DNA of 64,000 bases from Candidatus Scatomorpha stercorigallinarum (GCA_944387865.1 CALXGN010000006.1:11355-75354); one strand, 5' to 3'; positions 18,862-28,243 are shown, numbered from the stretch's first letter. Program-made: numbers and translations. The notes: generated by a model not told the origin, from the letters alone.

Positions 18862-19292
18862 CAGCCGTGGCAGCAGCCGTGGCCATGGCCGTGGCCGCCG
18901 TGGTGCTCCTCGCAGCCGGCGTCGCCGTGGTGATGGCCGCACTCATGGCCCTCGCCGTGGTGATGGTCGCAGTTGGCGTCGCTGCTGTAGCTGAGCGTGC
19001 CCGCCAGCAGGGCCTCCACCGCCGCGTCCGCGCTGCCCTGCACGCCTGCGTAGAGCTGTATGCCCGCCTCGGCCAGGGCCATGCGCGCGCCGCCGCCCAG
19101 GCCGCCGCAGATGAGGGCGTCCACGCCGTGGGAGCGCAGGAAGCCGGCCAGGGCCCCGTGGCCAAAGCCGCCCGTGGGCAGGATGGCGCTGTTGACGACC
19201 TTGCCGTCCTCGACGTCGTAGAGCTTGAACTGCTCGGTGTGGCCAAAGTGCTGGAACACGCTGCCGTTTTCGTAAGTGACTGCTATTTTCAT
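18861..19292 (-). CDS. NifB/NifX-family (dinitrogenase FeMo-cofactor-binding fold) protein with His/Cys-rich tail
   Basis: MKIAVTYENGSVFQHFGHT... matches the NifX-like fold. The 35-aa tail is CDHHHGEGHECGHHHGDAGCEEHHGGHGHGHGCCHG. Confidence 0.75.
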   Translation of the reverse strand: MKIAVTYENGSVFQHFGHTEQFKLYDVEDGKVVNSAILPTGGFGHGALAGFLRSHGVDALICGGLGGGARMALAEAGIQLYAGVQGSADAAVEALLAGTLSYSSDANCDHHHGEGHECGHHHGDAGCEEHHGGHGHGHGCCHG

Positions 19293-19309
19293 GTTTGCTA
19301 CCTCCGTGG

Positions 19310-19356
19310 TTATTGGCTTATGCCAATAATATAGCACGCAAACCGGCATATGTCAA
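19310..19356 (-). promoter_or_regulatory. Promoter plus palindromic operator for the NifX-like/DUF134 operon
   Basis: Minus strand TTGACA (19356-19351), 17-nt spacer, TATATT (19333-19328) with TGc extension. The perfect palindrome ttattggc-ttat-gccaataa (19310-19329) overlaps the -10 box. Confidence 0.5.
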
Positions 19357-19360
19357 TAAC

Positions 19361-19394
19361 AAAATGCAAAAATGCCCCGGCAGAGCCGGGGCAT
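19361..19394 (-). terminator. Rho-independent terminator after the LbH gene
   Basis: atgccccgg-cagag-ccggggcat followed by ttttgcatttt on the minus strand. Confidence 0.55.
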
Positions 19395-19403
19395 TTTATG
19401 TCC

Positions 19404-20063
19404 TTATACGCGCCGGACGATCTCGCCGGGGGCTTTGAAGATACAGCCCTCGGGCACCACGCCGCGCACGGAACTCGTGGGGTAGACGCTGACGCGCCGG
19501 CCCAGCACGCAGCCGGGGTTCAGCACGCTGTTGCAGCCAACTTCAACATAGTCGCCGAGGATGGCGCCGAATTTTTTCAGCCCGGTGGGGAGGTATTCGT
19601 CGCCGTTTTTGACAACCACCAGCGTCTTGTCGCTCTTGACGTTGGAGGTGATGCTGCCCGCGCCCATGTGCGACTTGTAGCCGAGGATGGAGTCGCCGAC
19701 GTAGTTGTAGTGCGGCGTCTGCACATTGTCGAAGAGCACGGCGTTCTTGAGCTCCACGCTGTTGCCGACCACGCAGTTCTTGCCGACGATGGCGCTGCCG
19801 CGGATAAAGGCGCAGTGGCGCACCTCCGCGCCGTGGTCGATGATGCAGGGGCCGCCGATGTAGGCGGAGGGGAACACCTTCGCGTCCTTCGCTATCCAGA
19901 CGTCCTCCGCCGGATGGTCGAATTCCGCCTCCGGCAGCGTGGGGCCAAGGGCGAGGATGAAGCCCTTTATCTCCGGCAGGACCTCCCATGGATATTCGTG
20001 TCCCTCGAAGAGGGGGGCGGCGATGGTGTGGCTCAGATCGAGCAGGTCATTTATTTTGTACAT
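19404..20063 (-). CDS. Stand-alone left-handed beta-helix acyltransferase, GlmU C-terminal-domain-like
   Basis: Hexapeptide repeats (IGGPCIIDHGAEV, IVGKNCVVGNSVEL, VGDSILG, ...). The start ATG overlaps the glmM stop (ATGA). Confidence 0.7.
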   Translation of the reverse strand: MYKINDLLDLSHTIAAPLFEGHEYPWEVLPEIKGFILALGPTLPEAEFDHPAEDVWIAKDAKVFPSAYIGGPCIIDHGAEVRHCAFIRGSAIVGKNCVVGNSVELKNAVLFDNVQTPHYNYVGDSILGYKSHMGAGSITSNVKSDKTLVVVKNGDEYLPTGLKKFGAILGDYVEVGCNSVLNPGCVLGRRVSVYPTSSVRGVVPEGCIFKAPGEIVRRV

Positions 20064-21415
20064 CACTTCACCCCCACGAGGTGGCCGCTCTTGCGCATGG
20101 CGTCGATTATGGCGTCCACGCTGCGCTCGCACTCATCGTCCGTTTCCGCCTCGGCCATCACGCGCAGCAGCGGCTCGGTGCCGCTCTTGCGCAGGAGGAC
20201 GCGCCCGCGGTCGCCCAGGCGCGCCTCTTCGGCGGCCACGGCGGCGGTGACGGCGCTGTCCGCAAGCGTGCTGTCCTTGTCGTCCACGACGACGTTTTTC
20301 AGCACCTGCGGATAGATGGTCACCGGCTCGCAGAGCTTGCTCAGCGGCTGGCGCGTGTCCAGCATCGCCTGCATCACCTTGAGCGCGGTGATGAGCCCGT
20401 CGCCGGTGGTGGCGTATTTGGAGAAGATTATGTGCCCGCTCTGCTCCCCGCCGATGAGGTGTCCGTGCTCGCGCATGTTCTCCCAGACGTACTTGTCGCC
20501 GACGGCGGTCTTTTCATAGTTTATCCCGGCCGCGTCGAGCGCCTTGTAGAGGCCGAGGTTGCTCATGACGGTGGTGACGACAGTGTTGGTGTCCAGCCGG
20601 CCGCGGTCCTTCATGTGCCTGGCGCAGATGTACATTATCTTGTCGCCGGAGACCACCTCGCCGTTTTCGTCCACGGCCAGGCAGCGGTCGGCGTCCCCGT
20701 CGAAGGCGAAGCCGACGTCCAGCCCCTCCTCGCGCACGAGCTTCTGCAGGTTGGCGAGGTGGGTGGAGCCGCAGTCCACGTTGATGTTCAGCCCGTCCGG
20801 CCGGGCGCTGATGACATAGGTGTCCGCCCCCAGGGCGTCGAACACGCTCTTGGCAATCATCCAGGTGCTGCCGTTTGCGCAGTCCAGGCCGACCTTCACG
20901 CCCTTGTAGGAGTGGGTGGAGAGGCTGATGAGATAGCCTATGTAGCGGTTGCGCCCGGCGGAGTAATCCACCGTGCGGCCGATGTCGGCGCCCACGGCCA
21001 GCGGCGGCTCGGGCGCGATGCCGTCGAGGTATTTTTCTATCTCGTCCAGCACGGCCTGCTCCATCTTCTCGCCGTCGCCGTTGATGAGCTTGATGCCGTT
21101 GTCGTGATAGGGGTTGTGGCTGGCGCTGATCATCACGCCGCAGTCAAAGTCGTCCACGCGCGCGATGTAGCTGACGCTGGGCGTGGTGGTGACGTGCAGC
21201 AGATAGGCGTCCGCCCCCGAGCTGGTGAGCCCGGCGGCCAGCGCGCACTCGTACATGTAGCTGCTGCGGCGCGTATCCTTGCCGATGACGACGTTGCAGC
21301 CCTTGCCGCGGCCAAAGTACCAGCCGATGAAGCGCCCGATCTTAAAGGCGTGCTCGGCTGTGAGATCGACGTTGGCTTCGCCGCGGAAGCCGTCCGTCCC
21401 GAAATATTTTGACAT
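20063..21415 (-). CDS. glmM: Phosphoglucosamine mutase
   Basis: MSKYFGTDGFRG start, SASHNP phosphoserine loop, GDGDADR metal loop, GEQSGH. Confidence 0.92.
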   Translation of the reverse strand: MSKYFGTDGFRGEANVDLTAEHAFKIGRFIGWYFGRGKGCNVVIGKDTRRSSYMYECALAAGLTSSGADAYLLHVTTTPSVSYIARVDDFDCGVMISASHNPYHDNGIKLINGDGEKMEQAVLDEIEKYLDGIAPEPPLAVGADIGRTVDYSAGRNRYIGYLISLSTHSYKGVKVGLDCANGSTWMIAKSVFDALGADTYVISARPDGLNINVDCGSTHLANLQKLVREEGLDVGFAFDGDADRCLAVDENGEVVSGDKIMYICARHMKDRGRLDTNTVVTTVMSNLGLYKALDAAGINYEKTAVGDKYVWENMREHGHLIGGEQSGHIIFSKYATTGDGLITALKVMQAMLDTRQPLSKLCEPVTIYPQVLKNVVVDDKDSTLADSAVTAAVAAEEARLGDRGRVLLRKSGTEPLLRVMAEAETDDECERSVDAIIDAMRKSGHLVGVK

Positions 21416-21478
21416 GTTTACCTCCTGGAAACAGGCAAACCGCGCCGGGCGTTCGCGCCGGCGCGGCGCTTGGGATAT

Positions 21479-22201
21479 TTAAGAGAGTTTGGCCGCCGCC
21501 GCGTGGTCGAGGTAGAGAGTCACATCCTCGTGCAGCTGCAGCAGGGAAGCGGGCACGGCGATGTCCGGCCGGCCCTCCACCGTCTTTTTGATGATGTCGG
21601 CCTTGGCCTCGCCAAAGGCGAGCAGGATGATGCTGCGGGCCTTCATCACGGTGTGTATGCCCATGGTGACGGCGTGCGTGGGCACCTCGTCGATGGAGCG
21701 GAAGAAGCGCTTGTTGGCCTCGCGCGTCGAGTCCGTCAGCTTGACGATGTGCGTGACGGAGGTGAAGGGCGTGAGCGGCTCGTTGAAGCCGATATGTCCG
21801 TTGTTGCCGATGCCGAGGAGCTGGAGGTCGATGCCGCCGGCCTCGTCGATCAGCTTGTCGTACTCCGCGGCCTCCGCGTCGTCCTTCACGCTGCCGGAGG
21901 GGACATGTGTGCGCTCCATTTTTATGTCAACCTTGGAGAAGAGGTTGTGGTCCATGAAATAGCGGTAGCTCTGCTCGTTCGTGCCGTCAAGGCCGATGTA
22001 CTCGTCAAGGTTGAAGGTGCTGCACTCCGCGAAGGAGAGCCCCCCCGCGGCGCAGAGGCGGGCCAGCTCGGCGTAGAGGCCGAGCGGCGTGGAGCCGGTG
22101 GCCAGGCCGAGTACGGCGTTGGGCTTGGCGTTGAGCAGGTTTACATAACGCTGCGCTGCCTGGGCGCAGGCTTCCTCCTGGGTGCCGATGACAAGTTTCA
22201 T
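21479..22201 (-). CDS. nagB: Glucosamine-6-phosphate deaminase
   Basis: GLATGSTP, FNLDEY and GIGNNGHIGFNEP motifs. Confidence 0.9.
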   Translation of the reverse strand: MKLVIGTQEEACAQAAQRYVNLLNAKPNAVLGLATGSTPLGLYAELARLCAAGGLSFAECSTFNLDEYIGLDGTNEQSYRYFMDHNLFSKVDIKMERTHVPSGSVKDDAEAAEYDKLIDEAGGIDLQLLGIGNNGHIGFNEPLTPFTSVTHIVKLTDSTREANKRFFRSIDEVPTHAVTMGIHTVMKARSIILLAFGEAKADIIKKTVEGRPDIAVPASLLQLHEDVTLYLDHAAAAKLS

Positions 22202-22227
22202 ATATGACCCTCCGATAAAATGTATTT

Positions 22228-23439
22228 TCAGAGTATGCCTTTTATTCTCTCCACGGCCTCGCGGGTACGCTCCGCGTCGCCGAAGGCGGTCACGCGGATG
22301 AAGCCCTCGCCGCTGGGGCCGAAGCCCTCGCCCGGGGTGGTTACGACGCCCGCTTCGCTGAGCAGGCGGTCGAAAAACTCCCAGGAGCCGGCTCCGTGCG
22401 GCGCGCGGAACCAGATGTACGGGGAATCCGTCCCGCCGTACACCTCGAGCCCGGCGGCGGACAACCCGGAGCGTATGACGCGGGCGTTTTCCATGTAGTA
22501 GCCTATCATTTCAGCGATCTGCGCCTTGCCCTCCGGGCTGTAGGTGGCCTCGGCGGCGCGCTGGATGACATAGGCCGTGCCGTTGAACTTGGTGGACTGG
22601 CGGCGCATCCACATGTCGTAGAGGCTCTCGCCGCCGCGCACCAGCGCGCGGGGGATAACTGTCCAGCCGCAGCGGGTGCCGGTGAAGCCGGCGGTTTTGG
22701 AGAAGCTGCCGAACTCTATTGCGCACTTTTCGGCCCCGGGGATCTCGTATATGCTGCGCGGGAGGGCCGGGTCGGTGATGTACGCGCGGTAGGCCGCGTC
22801 GTAGAGGATGACGCTGCCGTGCTCGTTGGCGTAGTCCACCCAGGGCTGGAGCTGCTCCCTGGTGGCGGCCATGCCGGTGGGGTTGTTCGGGAAGCAGAGG
22901 TAGATGAGGTCCGGGACGCGCTCGGGCAGCGCGGGGAAGAAGCCGTTTTCCGGCGTGCAGGGCATGTAGACGATGTTCGTCCACTTTTCCCCGTCCCAGT
23001 CCCCGGCACGGCCGGACATGGCGTTGGCGTCGATATAGACGGGGTACACGGGGTCGCAGACGGCCACCACGCAGTCCTCGGAGAAGATGTCGCCGATGTT
23101 GCCGCAGTCGCTCTTGGCCCCGTCCGAGACGAAGAGCTCATCCGGCGAGATTTTCACGCCGAGCGGCTCGTAGTCGTTCGCCACTATGGCCTCGCGGAGG
23201 AAATCGTAGCCCTCATAGGGGCCGTAGCCCATGAAGGTGGCCTTATCCGCCATCTCGTCCGCGGCGCGCTTGAGCGCCGCGACGCAGGCCTCGGGCAGGG
23301 GGAGGGTGACGTCCCCGATGCCGAGCTTTATGATGTCGGCGTCCGGGTTTGCGGCGGAGAAAGCGGCCGTGCGCCGCGCGACCTCGGCGAAGAGGTAGCT
23401 GCCGGGGAGCTTTGAGTAGTTTTCGTTGAGCTTTACCAT
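22228..23439 (-). CDS. dapL: LL-diaminopimelate aminotransferase (DapL-type PLP aminotransferase)
   Basis: MVKLNENYSKLPGSYLF N-terminus typical of DapL and the SFSKTAGFTG PLP-lysine motif. The longer ORF back to 23973 is a GC-rich artefact overlapping dapF. Confidence 0.85.
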   Translation of the reverse strand: MVKLNENYSKLPGSYLFAEVARRTAAFSAANPDADIIKLGIGDVTLPLPEACVAALKRAADEMADKATFMGYGPYEGYDFLREAIVANDYEPLGVKISPDELFVSDGAKSDCGNIGDIFSEDCVVAVCDPVYPVYIDANAMSGRAGDWDGEKWTNIVYMPCTPENGFFPALPERVPDLIYLCFPNNPTGMAATREQLQPWVDYANEHGSVILYDAAYRAYITDPALPRSIYEIPGAEKCAIEFGSFSKTAGFTGTRCGWTVIPRALVRGGESLYDMWMRRQSTKFNGTAYVIQRAAEATYSPEGKAQIAEMIGYYMENARVIRSGLSAAGLEVYGGTDSPYIWFRAPHGAGSWEFFDRLLSEAGVVTTPGEGFGPSGEGFIRVTAFGDAERTREAVERIKGIL

Positions 23440-23450
23440 TGCGCGCCTCC

Positions 23451-24284
23451 TCACAGCTTCAGCTCGCCGTCGAACACCGTGACGGCGGGGCCGGTCATGT
23501 AGATGAGGTCCGCCTCGCGGTCCCACTCGATGAGCAGCTCGCCGCCGCGCAGGCGCAGCGTGGCGCTCTCGGCGCACTTGCCGTTGAGCACCGCCGCGGC
23601 AAGCGAGGCGGTGGAGCCGGTGCCGCAGGCGAGGGTCTCGCCGCTGCCGCGCTCCCAGACGCGCATTTTCAGCGTGTGCTCGTCTATGACCTCGACAAAT
23701 TCGGTGTTTATTCGCTCGGGGAAGCGCGGGTCGTTCTCGAAGAGCGGGCCGATATCCGGCAGGTCCAGCCAGTCGACGTCCTCCACGAACACCACCGCGT
23801 GCGGGTTGCCCACATTGACGCAGGTGACGGACCAGAGCGTGCCGCCGATCTCCATCGGCTGGCCGATGAACTCCGGCGTGTCCGCCAGCACGGGTATCTT
23901 CGCAGAGGCGAACTCCGGCCGGCCCATGCAGACGCGCACGGATTCCACCCTGCCGTCCGCCACATTCAACCACAGGGTCTTGACGCCCGCGCCCGTCTCC
24001 ACGTCGATGACGGTCTTATCCGTCATGCCGTGCTCGTATACATATTTGGCCACGCAGCGGATGCCGTTGCCGCACATCTCGCCGGCCGAGCCGTCGGCGT
24101 TGTACATATCCATGCGGAAATCGGCCACATCGGAGGGGCAGATGCAGATGAGCCCGTCCCCGCCCACGCCGAAGTGCCGGTCGGAGACATACCGCGCCAG
24201 GGCGGGGCGGTCCTCCACCGTCTCCTCAAAGCAGTTGACGTAGACATAGTCGTTGCCGCAGCCGTGCATTTTGGTGAATCGCAT
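23451..24284 (-). CDS. dapF: Diaminopimelate epimerase
   Basis: FTKMHGCGNDY start, with catalytic Cys contexts (GNGIRC and ACGTGS). Confidence 0.92.
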   Translation of the reverse strand: MRFTKMHGCGNDYVYVNCFEETVEDRPALARYVSDRHFGVGGDGLICICPSDVADFRMDMYNADGSAGEMCGNGIRCVAKYVYEHGMTDKTVIDVETGAGVKTLWLNVADGRVESVRVCMGRPEFASAKIPVLADTPEFIGQPMEIGGTLWSVTCVNVGNPHAVVFVEDVDWLDLPDIGPLFENDPRFPERINTEFVEVIDEHTLKMRVWERGSGETLACGTGSTASLAAAVLNGKCAESATLRLRGGELLIEWDREADLIYMTGPAVTVFDGELKL

Positions 24285-24335
24285 ATGCAGTCGCTCCTTT
24301 TTACAAGGACTTGCCCCGCTCGCGGAGCAGAAACT

Positions 24336-24364
24336 ATTATATACGAATTCCCCGCCCCTTGCAA
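24336..24364 (-). promoter_or_regulatory. Sigma-A type promoter for dapF-dapL
   Basis: Minus strand TTGCAA, exact 17-nt spacer, consensus TATAAT. Confidence 0.55.
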
Positions 24365-24394
24365 GAATTTTGGCTCAAAAGGCGCTGCATACGG

Positions 24395-24422
24395 AAAAAC
24401 AGGGAGGCCGGCGGCCTCCCTG
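24395..24422 (-). terminator. Rho-independent terminator after the ABC exporter pair
   Basis: cagggaggcc-g-ccggcctccctg followed by ttttt on the minus strand, 14 nt after the stop. Confidence 0.6.
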
Positions 24423-24435
24423 TCCGTGGGTGGTG

Positions 24436-26259
24436 CTATTGCAGTATGCGCTGGGCGGATTCCTCGGCGAACTGCTTGCTGTAGAGCTCGTGGTAATAGC
24501 CCTTTTTCATCAGCAGCTCGCGGTGCGTCCCCTGCTCGACGATGCGCCCGTCGTGGACGACCAGTATCAGGTCGGCGCGGCGGATGGTGGAGAGCCGGTG
24601 GGCGATGAGGAAGCTCGTGCGGTCCGTGAGTATGTGCTCGATGGCGTCCTGGATGAGCTGCTCGGTCTGCGTGTCGATGGAGCTGGTGGCCTCGTCGAGC
24701 ACGAAGATGCGCGGGTCCGCCAGGACGGCGCGGGCGAAGGAGATGAGCTGTTTTTCGCCGGTGGAGAGCTTGTCCCCTCCCTCGCCGACGTCGCTGTCCC
24801 AGCCGTTTTCCAGCCGCTCCACCACGCGGTCGGCCGACACGGCGCGGGCCGCGGCCTCGATCTCCTCATCCGTGGCGTCCAGCCGCCCGTAGCGGATGTT
24901 CTCGCGCACGGAGCCGGAGAAGAGGTGCGGGCTCTGCAGCACATAGCCGATGGCGGAGTGCAGCCACAGCTGGCTGCGCTCGCGGTAATCGCGCCCGTCT
25001 ATCAGTATCTGCCCGGAGGTGGGCTCGAAAAAGCGGCAGGCCAGGTTGACGAGCGTGCTCTTGCCCGCGCCGGTCTCGCCGACTATGGCGACGGTGGTGC
25101 CGGCGGGGATTTTCAGGTTGAAGTGGCTGAGCACGTCCTCGCCGCCGTCGGGGTAGCGGAAGGTGACGTCGCGGAACTCGATGTCGCCGCGGATGGGCTC
25201 CCAGTTCTCGCGCTTTGGGTGCAGGGAGTCGCCGTATCTCTCAACGACCTCCGGCGTTTCCTTCACCAGCGGCTCGGTGTCGAGCAGCCCGGTGACGCGC
25301 TCGATGCTGGCCTGGATGCTGATGAACTCGGCGATATACTCCGCCACCAGCTGCACGGGCTCGAAGATGCCCACGGCGTAAGTGGTGAAGGCGGAGAGCG
25401 TGCCCAGCTCGATGAGCCCCTGCAGCGAGAGCTGCCCGCCGCGCACGAGTATCACCGCCACCGCCATGGTGGAGAGGAAGAGCACCAGCGGCACGTACAC
25501 GGCGCGCACGCGCGTGGCTTTCACGCCGCTTTCGTACATCTCGCCGGTCAGGCGGCGGAAGCTCTCCGTGTTGTCGCGCTCGATGACCAGCGTCTTGGAG
25601 GTCTTGGCGCCCGTGATGCCCTCGTTGAAGGCGCCCGTGATGCGGCTGTTCAGCTTGCGCACGCGGCGGTTCCACAGCAGCAGCCGGCCCTGGAAATAGG
25701 CCGTGGCGAGGGCTATCAGCGGCACGATGACGATGACCACCAGCGCCAGCCGCCAGTTGAGCAGCAGCATGGAGATGAGCGCGCCCGTGAGGTAGAATAC
25801 CGCCCAGATGACGTCCGGCAGCGCCCAGCCGATGATGCCGGCGATCTTCATCGTGTCGCTCATCACGCGGCTGAGGATATAGCCCACGGGCGTCACGTTG
25901 TAGTAGGAAAAGCTCAGCGTCTGCAGGTGCGTGAAGGCGGCGCGGCGCATGTCGCGCCCCACGGTCATCTCGATGAACATGGAGTTGCGCCCCATGCCGA
26001 GCACGGCGAGCGTCTGCGTCATGATGGCGCCCAGGTAGCAGAGCGCGAACACCCAGAGCCCGTTGAGCGTGCCCGCTTCGATGAACTCGTCCACGGCGTA
26101 GCGCTGGAAGAGCGGCAGCAGCACGTCCATCAGCGCCGTCAGGCAGTTGAAGAAGAGCATCAGGGCAAAGGCCTTCTTGTAGGGCGAGACGAAGGGCAGC
26201 AGGCGCTTCCAGGTGCGGATGCTGAATTTCTGGCTGTATTCCTGTTCGTCATATCCCAT
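24436..26259 (-). CDS. ABC exporter half-transporter (TMD-NBD fusion), subunit 2 of a heterodimer
   Basis: Six-TM type I exporter domain, Walker A GETGAGKST, LSTGEKQ signature, Walker B ILVLDEATS-like motif. Confidence 0.88.
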   Translation of the reverse strand: MGYDEQEYSQKFSIRTWKRLLPFVSPYKKAFALMLFFNCLTALMDVLLPLFQRYAVDEFIEAGTLNGLWVFALCYLGAIMTQTLAVLGMGRNSMFIEMTVGRDMRRAAFTHLQTLSFSYYNVTPVGYILSRVMSDTMKIAGIIGWALPDVIWAVFYLTGALISMLLLNWRLALVVIVIVPLIALATAYFQGRLLLWNRRVRKLNSRITGAFNEGITGAKTSKTLVIERDNTESFRRLTGEMYESGVKATRVRAVYVPLVLFLSTMAVAVILVRGGQLSLQGLIELGTLSAFTTYAVGIFEPVQLVAEYIAEFISIQASIERVTGLLDTEPLVKETPEVVERYGDSLHPKRENWEPIRGDIEFRDVTFRYPDGGEDVLSHFNLKIPAGTTVAIVGETGAGKSTLVNLACRFFEPTSGQILIDGRDYRERSQLWLHSAIGYVLQSPHLFSGSVRENIRYGRLDATDEEIEAAARAVSADRVVERLENGWDSDVGEGGDKLSTGEKQLISFARAVLADPRIFVLDEATSSIDTQTEQLIQDAIEHILTDRTSFLIAHRLSTIRRADLILVVHDGRIVEQGTHRELLMKKGYYHELYSKQFAEESAQRILQ

Positions 26260-28096
26260 TTTTCGCCGCCTCCTCCCCGAGCAGCAGCCTGTCGTCGCTG
26301 CTCATCTGGATGTCGTAGATGTCGCGGTAGATGCCGGGGCGGGCGATGAGCTCCTCGTGCGTCCCGATATCGGCCACGCGCCCCTCGGAGAGCACGAGGA
26401 TGCGCTGCGCCTGCATGAGCGTGGTGATGCGGTGCGAGATGAGTATCACCGTGGCCGAGCCGAGGCTGTGCGCGAGCTCGGCGCGTATTTTGGCGTCCGT
26501 CTCCGCGTCCACGGCGGAGAGGGAGTCGTCGAACACCATGATCGGGGCGCCCTGCATCAGCATCCGCGCTATCGCCACGCGCTGCTTCTGCCCGCCGGAG
26601 AGCGTCACGCCGCGCTCGCCGACCATGGTCCCATAGCCGTCGGCGAATTCGGTGATGGCCTCGTCCACGCAGGCGATGCCCGCCGCGCGGCGTATTTCGG
26701 CCTCCTCCGCGCCCGGCTTCGCGGCGGAGATGTTCTCCGCTATCGTGCGGGAGAAGAGGAAGGGCTCCTGCAGCACGAGCCCGATGTTCCGGCGCAGGTA
26801 GGAGCGGTCAATGTCGCGTATGTCCACGCCGCCGACGCTTATCTCCCCCTGTCCCTCGCCGAGGTCGTAGAGCCGGTCAAGCAGGTGGACGAGGGTGCTC
26901 TTCCCGCTGCCGGTGCCTCCGAGGATGGCGAAGGTGGAGCCGGCGGGGATGGTGAAGCTCACGTCGTGCAGCACCTCGCAGCCCTCGTAGCCGAAGGCGA
27001 CGTGCTTGAATTCGATGTCGCCCGTCATGGGCGGGGTGAGCTCCTGCCCCGTGGCGCCCTCGGGCTCGGAGTTGAGTATGTAGCCCACGCGGTCTATCGA
27101 CACACCGGCCTTGCTCATCTCCGCGAGGACGCGCCCGAGGCTCCTTATCGGCCAGGCGAGGGAGGAGGAGTAGCTGACAAAGACGAGGAAGCTGCCGAGC
27201 GTCAGGTCACCGTTCACGGCCTCAACCACGCCGGCGACGATGGTGACGAACACCTGTGCGCTGGTGAGCAGCGTGCCGGAGGCCCAGAAGAGGCTGAGCA
27301 CGCGCCCGAGCTTGATCCAGAGGCTGGAAAACCCGTCGTTTTTCTCGTTGAACTTGTCGATTTCGTACATTTCCCGCCCGAACGCGCGCACCACGCGCAC
27401 GCCGGTCAGGTTTTCCTGCACCATGGTGGTCAGCTCGCCCTCGGCCTCGTCCGCCGCCTTGAAGCGGGAGGCGATGCGCCGGTAAAAGAGCCAGGAGCTC
27501 AGCCCGGTGACAGGCACGAAGAGCACGACGATCAGCGAGAGGCGCACGTTCATCGAGAACATGATGGAGAGGTAGAGCGACATCAGAAACAGCGTGCGGG
27601 CGACCTCGACAAGCTGGTTGCACACGAAGTTGCGTATCACCTCGACGTCCGAGGTGCAGCGCTGTATCATCTCGCCGGTCTGGTGGGCGGTGTGCCACTC
27701 GAAGGGCAGGGACTGTATGTGCCCGAAGAGCGCGTCGCGTATGCCCTTCACGAAGCCCTCGGAGCCCTTCGCCAGCGAGACGCGCTGGCCGTAGCCGCAG
27801 AAGGCCCTGAGCGCCGCGGAGACCGCGACCGCCGCCGCAGCTATCCAGAGCGCGCGGTAGGGCTCGGCGCGCAGGTCCTCGAAGCCGAGCGCGGCGAGCA
27901 GCCACGCGGGGAGGTTCGTGCTCTCCGAGCCGAGGATGGAGTCCACGGTCACGCGGATTATCTGCGGCGTGAGCGCGTTGAAGGCCATGCCCAGCATGGC
28001 GAAGAGCAGCCCGAGGACAAAATGTCCCCAGACGGCGCGCACGAAACGGCCTATAAGCGAGGCTTTGCCGCCCCTTGTAAGTTTTGTTTCCGTCAT
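26249..28096 (-). CDS. ABC exporter half-transporter (TMD-NBD fusion), subunit 1 of a heterodimer
   Basis: Walker A GGTGSGKST and LSGGQKQR. It overlaps the partner gene by 11 nt. Start set at ATG 28096 (MTETKL), which has a GGGGGA SD. Confidence 0.88.
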   Translation of the reverse strand: MTETKLTRGGKASLIGRFVRAVWGHFVLGLLFAMLGMAFNALTPQIIRVTVDSILGSESTNLPAWLLAALGFEDLRAEPYRALWIAAAAVAVSAALRAFCGYGQRVSLAKGSEGFVKGIRDALFGHIQSLPFEWHTAHQTGEMIQRCTSDVEVIRNFVCNQLVEVARTLFLMSLYLSIMFSMNVRLSLIVVLFVPVTGLSSWLFYRRIASRFKAADEAEGELTTMVQENLTGVRVVRAFGREMYEIDKFNEKNDGFSSLWIKLGRVLSLFWASGTLLTSAQVFVTIVAGVVEAVNGDLTLGSFLVFVSYSSSLAWPIRSLGRVLAEMSKAGVSIDRVGYILNSEPEGATGQELTPPMTGDIEFKHVAFGYEGCEVLHDVSFTIPAGSTFAILGGTGSGKSTLVHLLDRLYDLGEGQGEISVGGVDIRDIDRSYLRRNIGLVLQEPFLFSRTIAENISAAKPGAEEAEIRRAAGIACVDEAITEFADGYGTMVGERGVTLSGGQKQRVAIARMLMQGAPIMVFDDSLSAVDAETDAKIRAELAHSLGSATVILISHRITTLMQAQRILVLSEGRVADIGTHEELIARPGIYRDIYDIQMSSDDRLLLGEEAAKNGI

Positions 28097-28113
28097 TTTA
28101 TCCCCCATAGACA

Positions 28114-28142
28114 CAAAAATGCACCGCCGGAAGGCGGTGCAT
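28114..28142 (-). terminator. Leader terminator (attenuator) immediately upstream of the ABC exporter RBS
   Basis: Minus strand atgcaccgcc-ttcc-ggcggtgcat followed by ttttt. The RBS and ATG follow within 20 nt. Confidence 0.5.
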
Positions 28143-28171
28143 GTAAGGCCGAAAACGCGCCAAAGGCGCCC

Positions 28172-28243
28172 TTAATGGCATACAGGTATCGCCGCCGGGG
28201 TAGTGAAAAACATTGCTGCCTTGCTGCTGAACTTGCGGGCCAT
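28172..28243 (-). CDS. Candidate 23-aa leader peptide (MARKFSSKAAMFFTTPAAIPVCH)
   Basis: Strong SD GAAAGGAGG lies 8 nt upstream of the ATG. The ORF sits between a consensus promoter and the leader terminator. Confidence 0.4.
   Translation of the reverse strand: MARKFSSKAAMFFTTPAAIPVCH

Noticed and set aside
22228-23973. 581-aa version of the dapL ORF, and similar N-terminal extensions of uvrA, the ABC-F gene, DUF134, the LbH protein, the SDR and DUF4364
   Set aside because: The extensions are Arg/Gly-rich, overlap neighbouring genes and lack an SD. Internal ATGs with good SDs match the known N-termini of these families.
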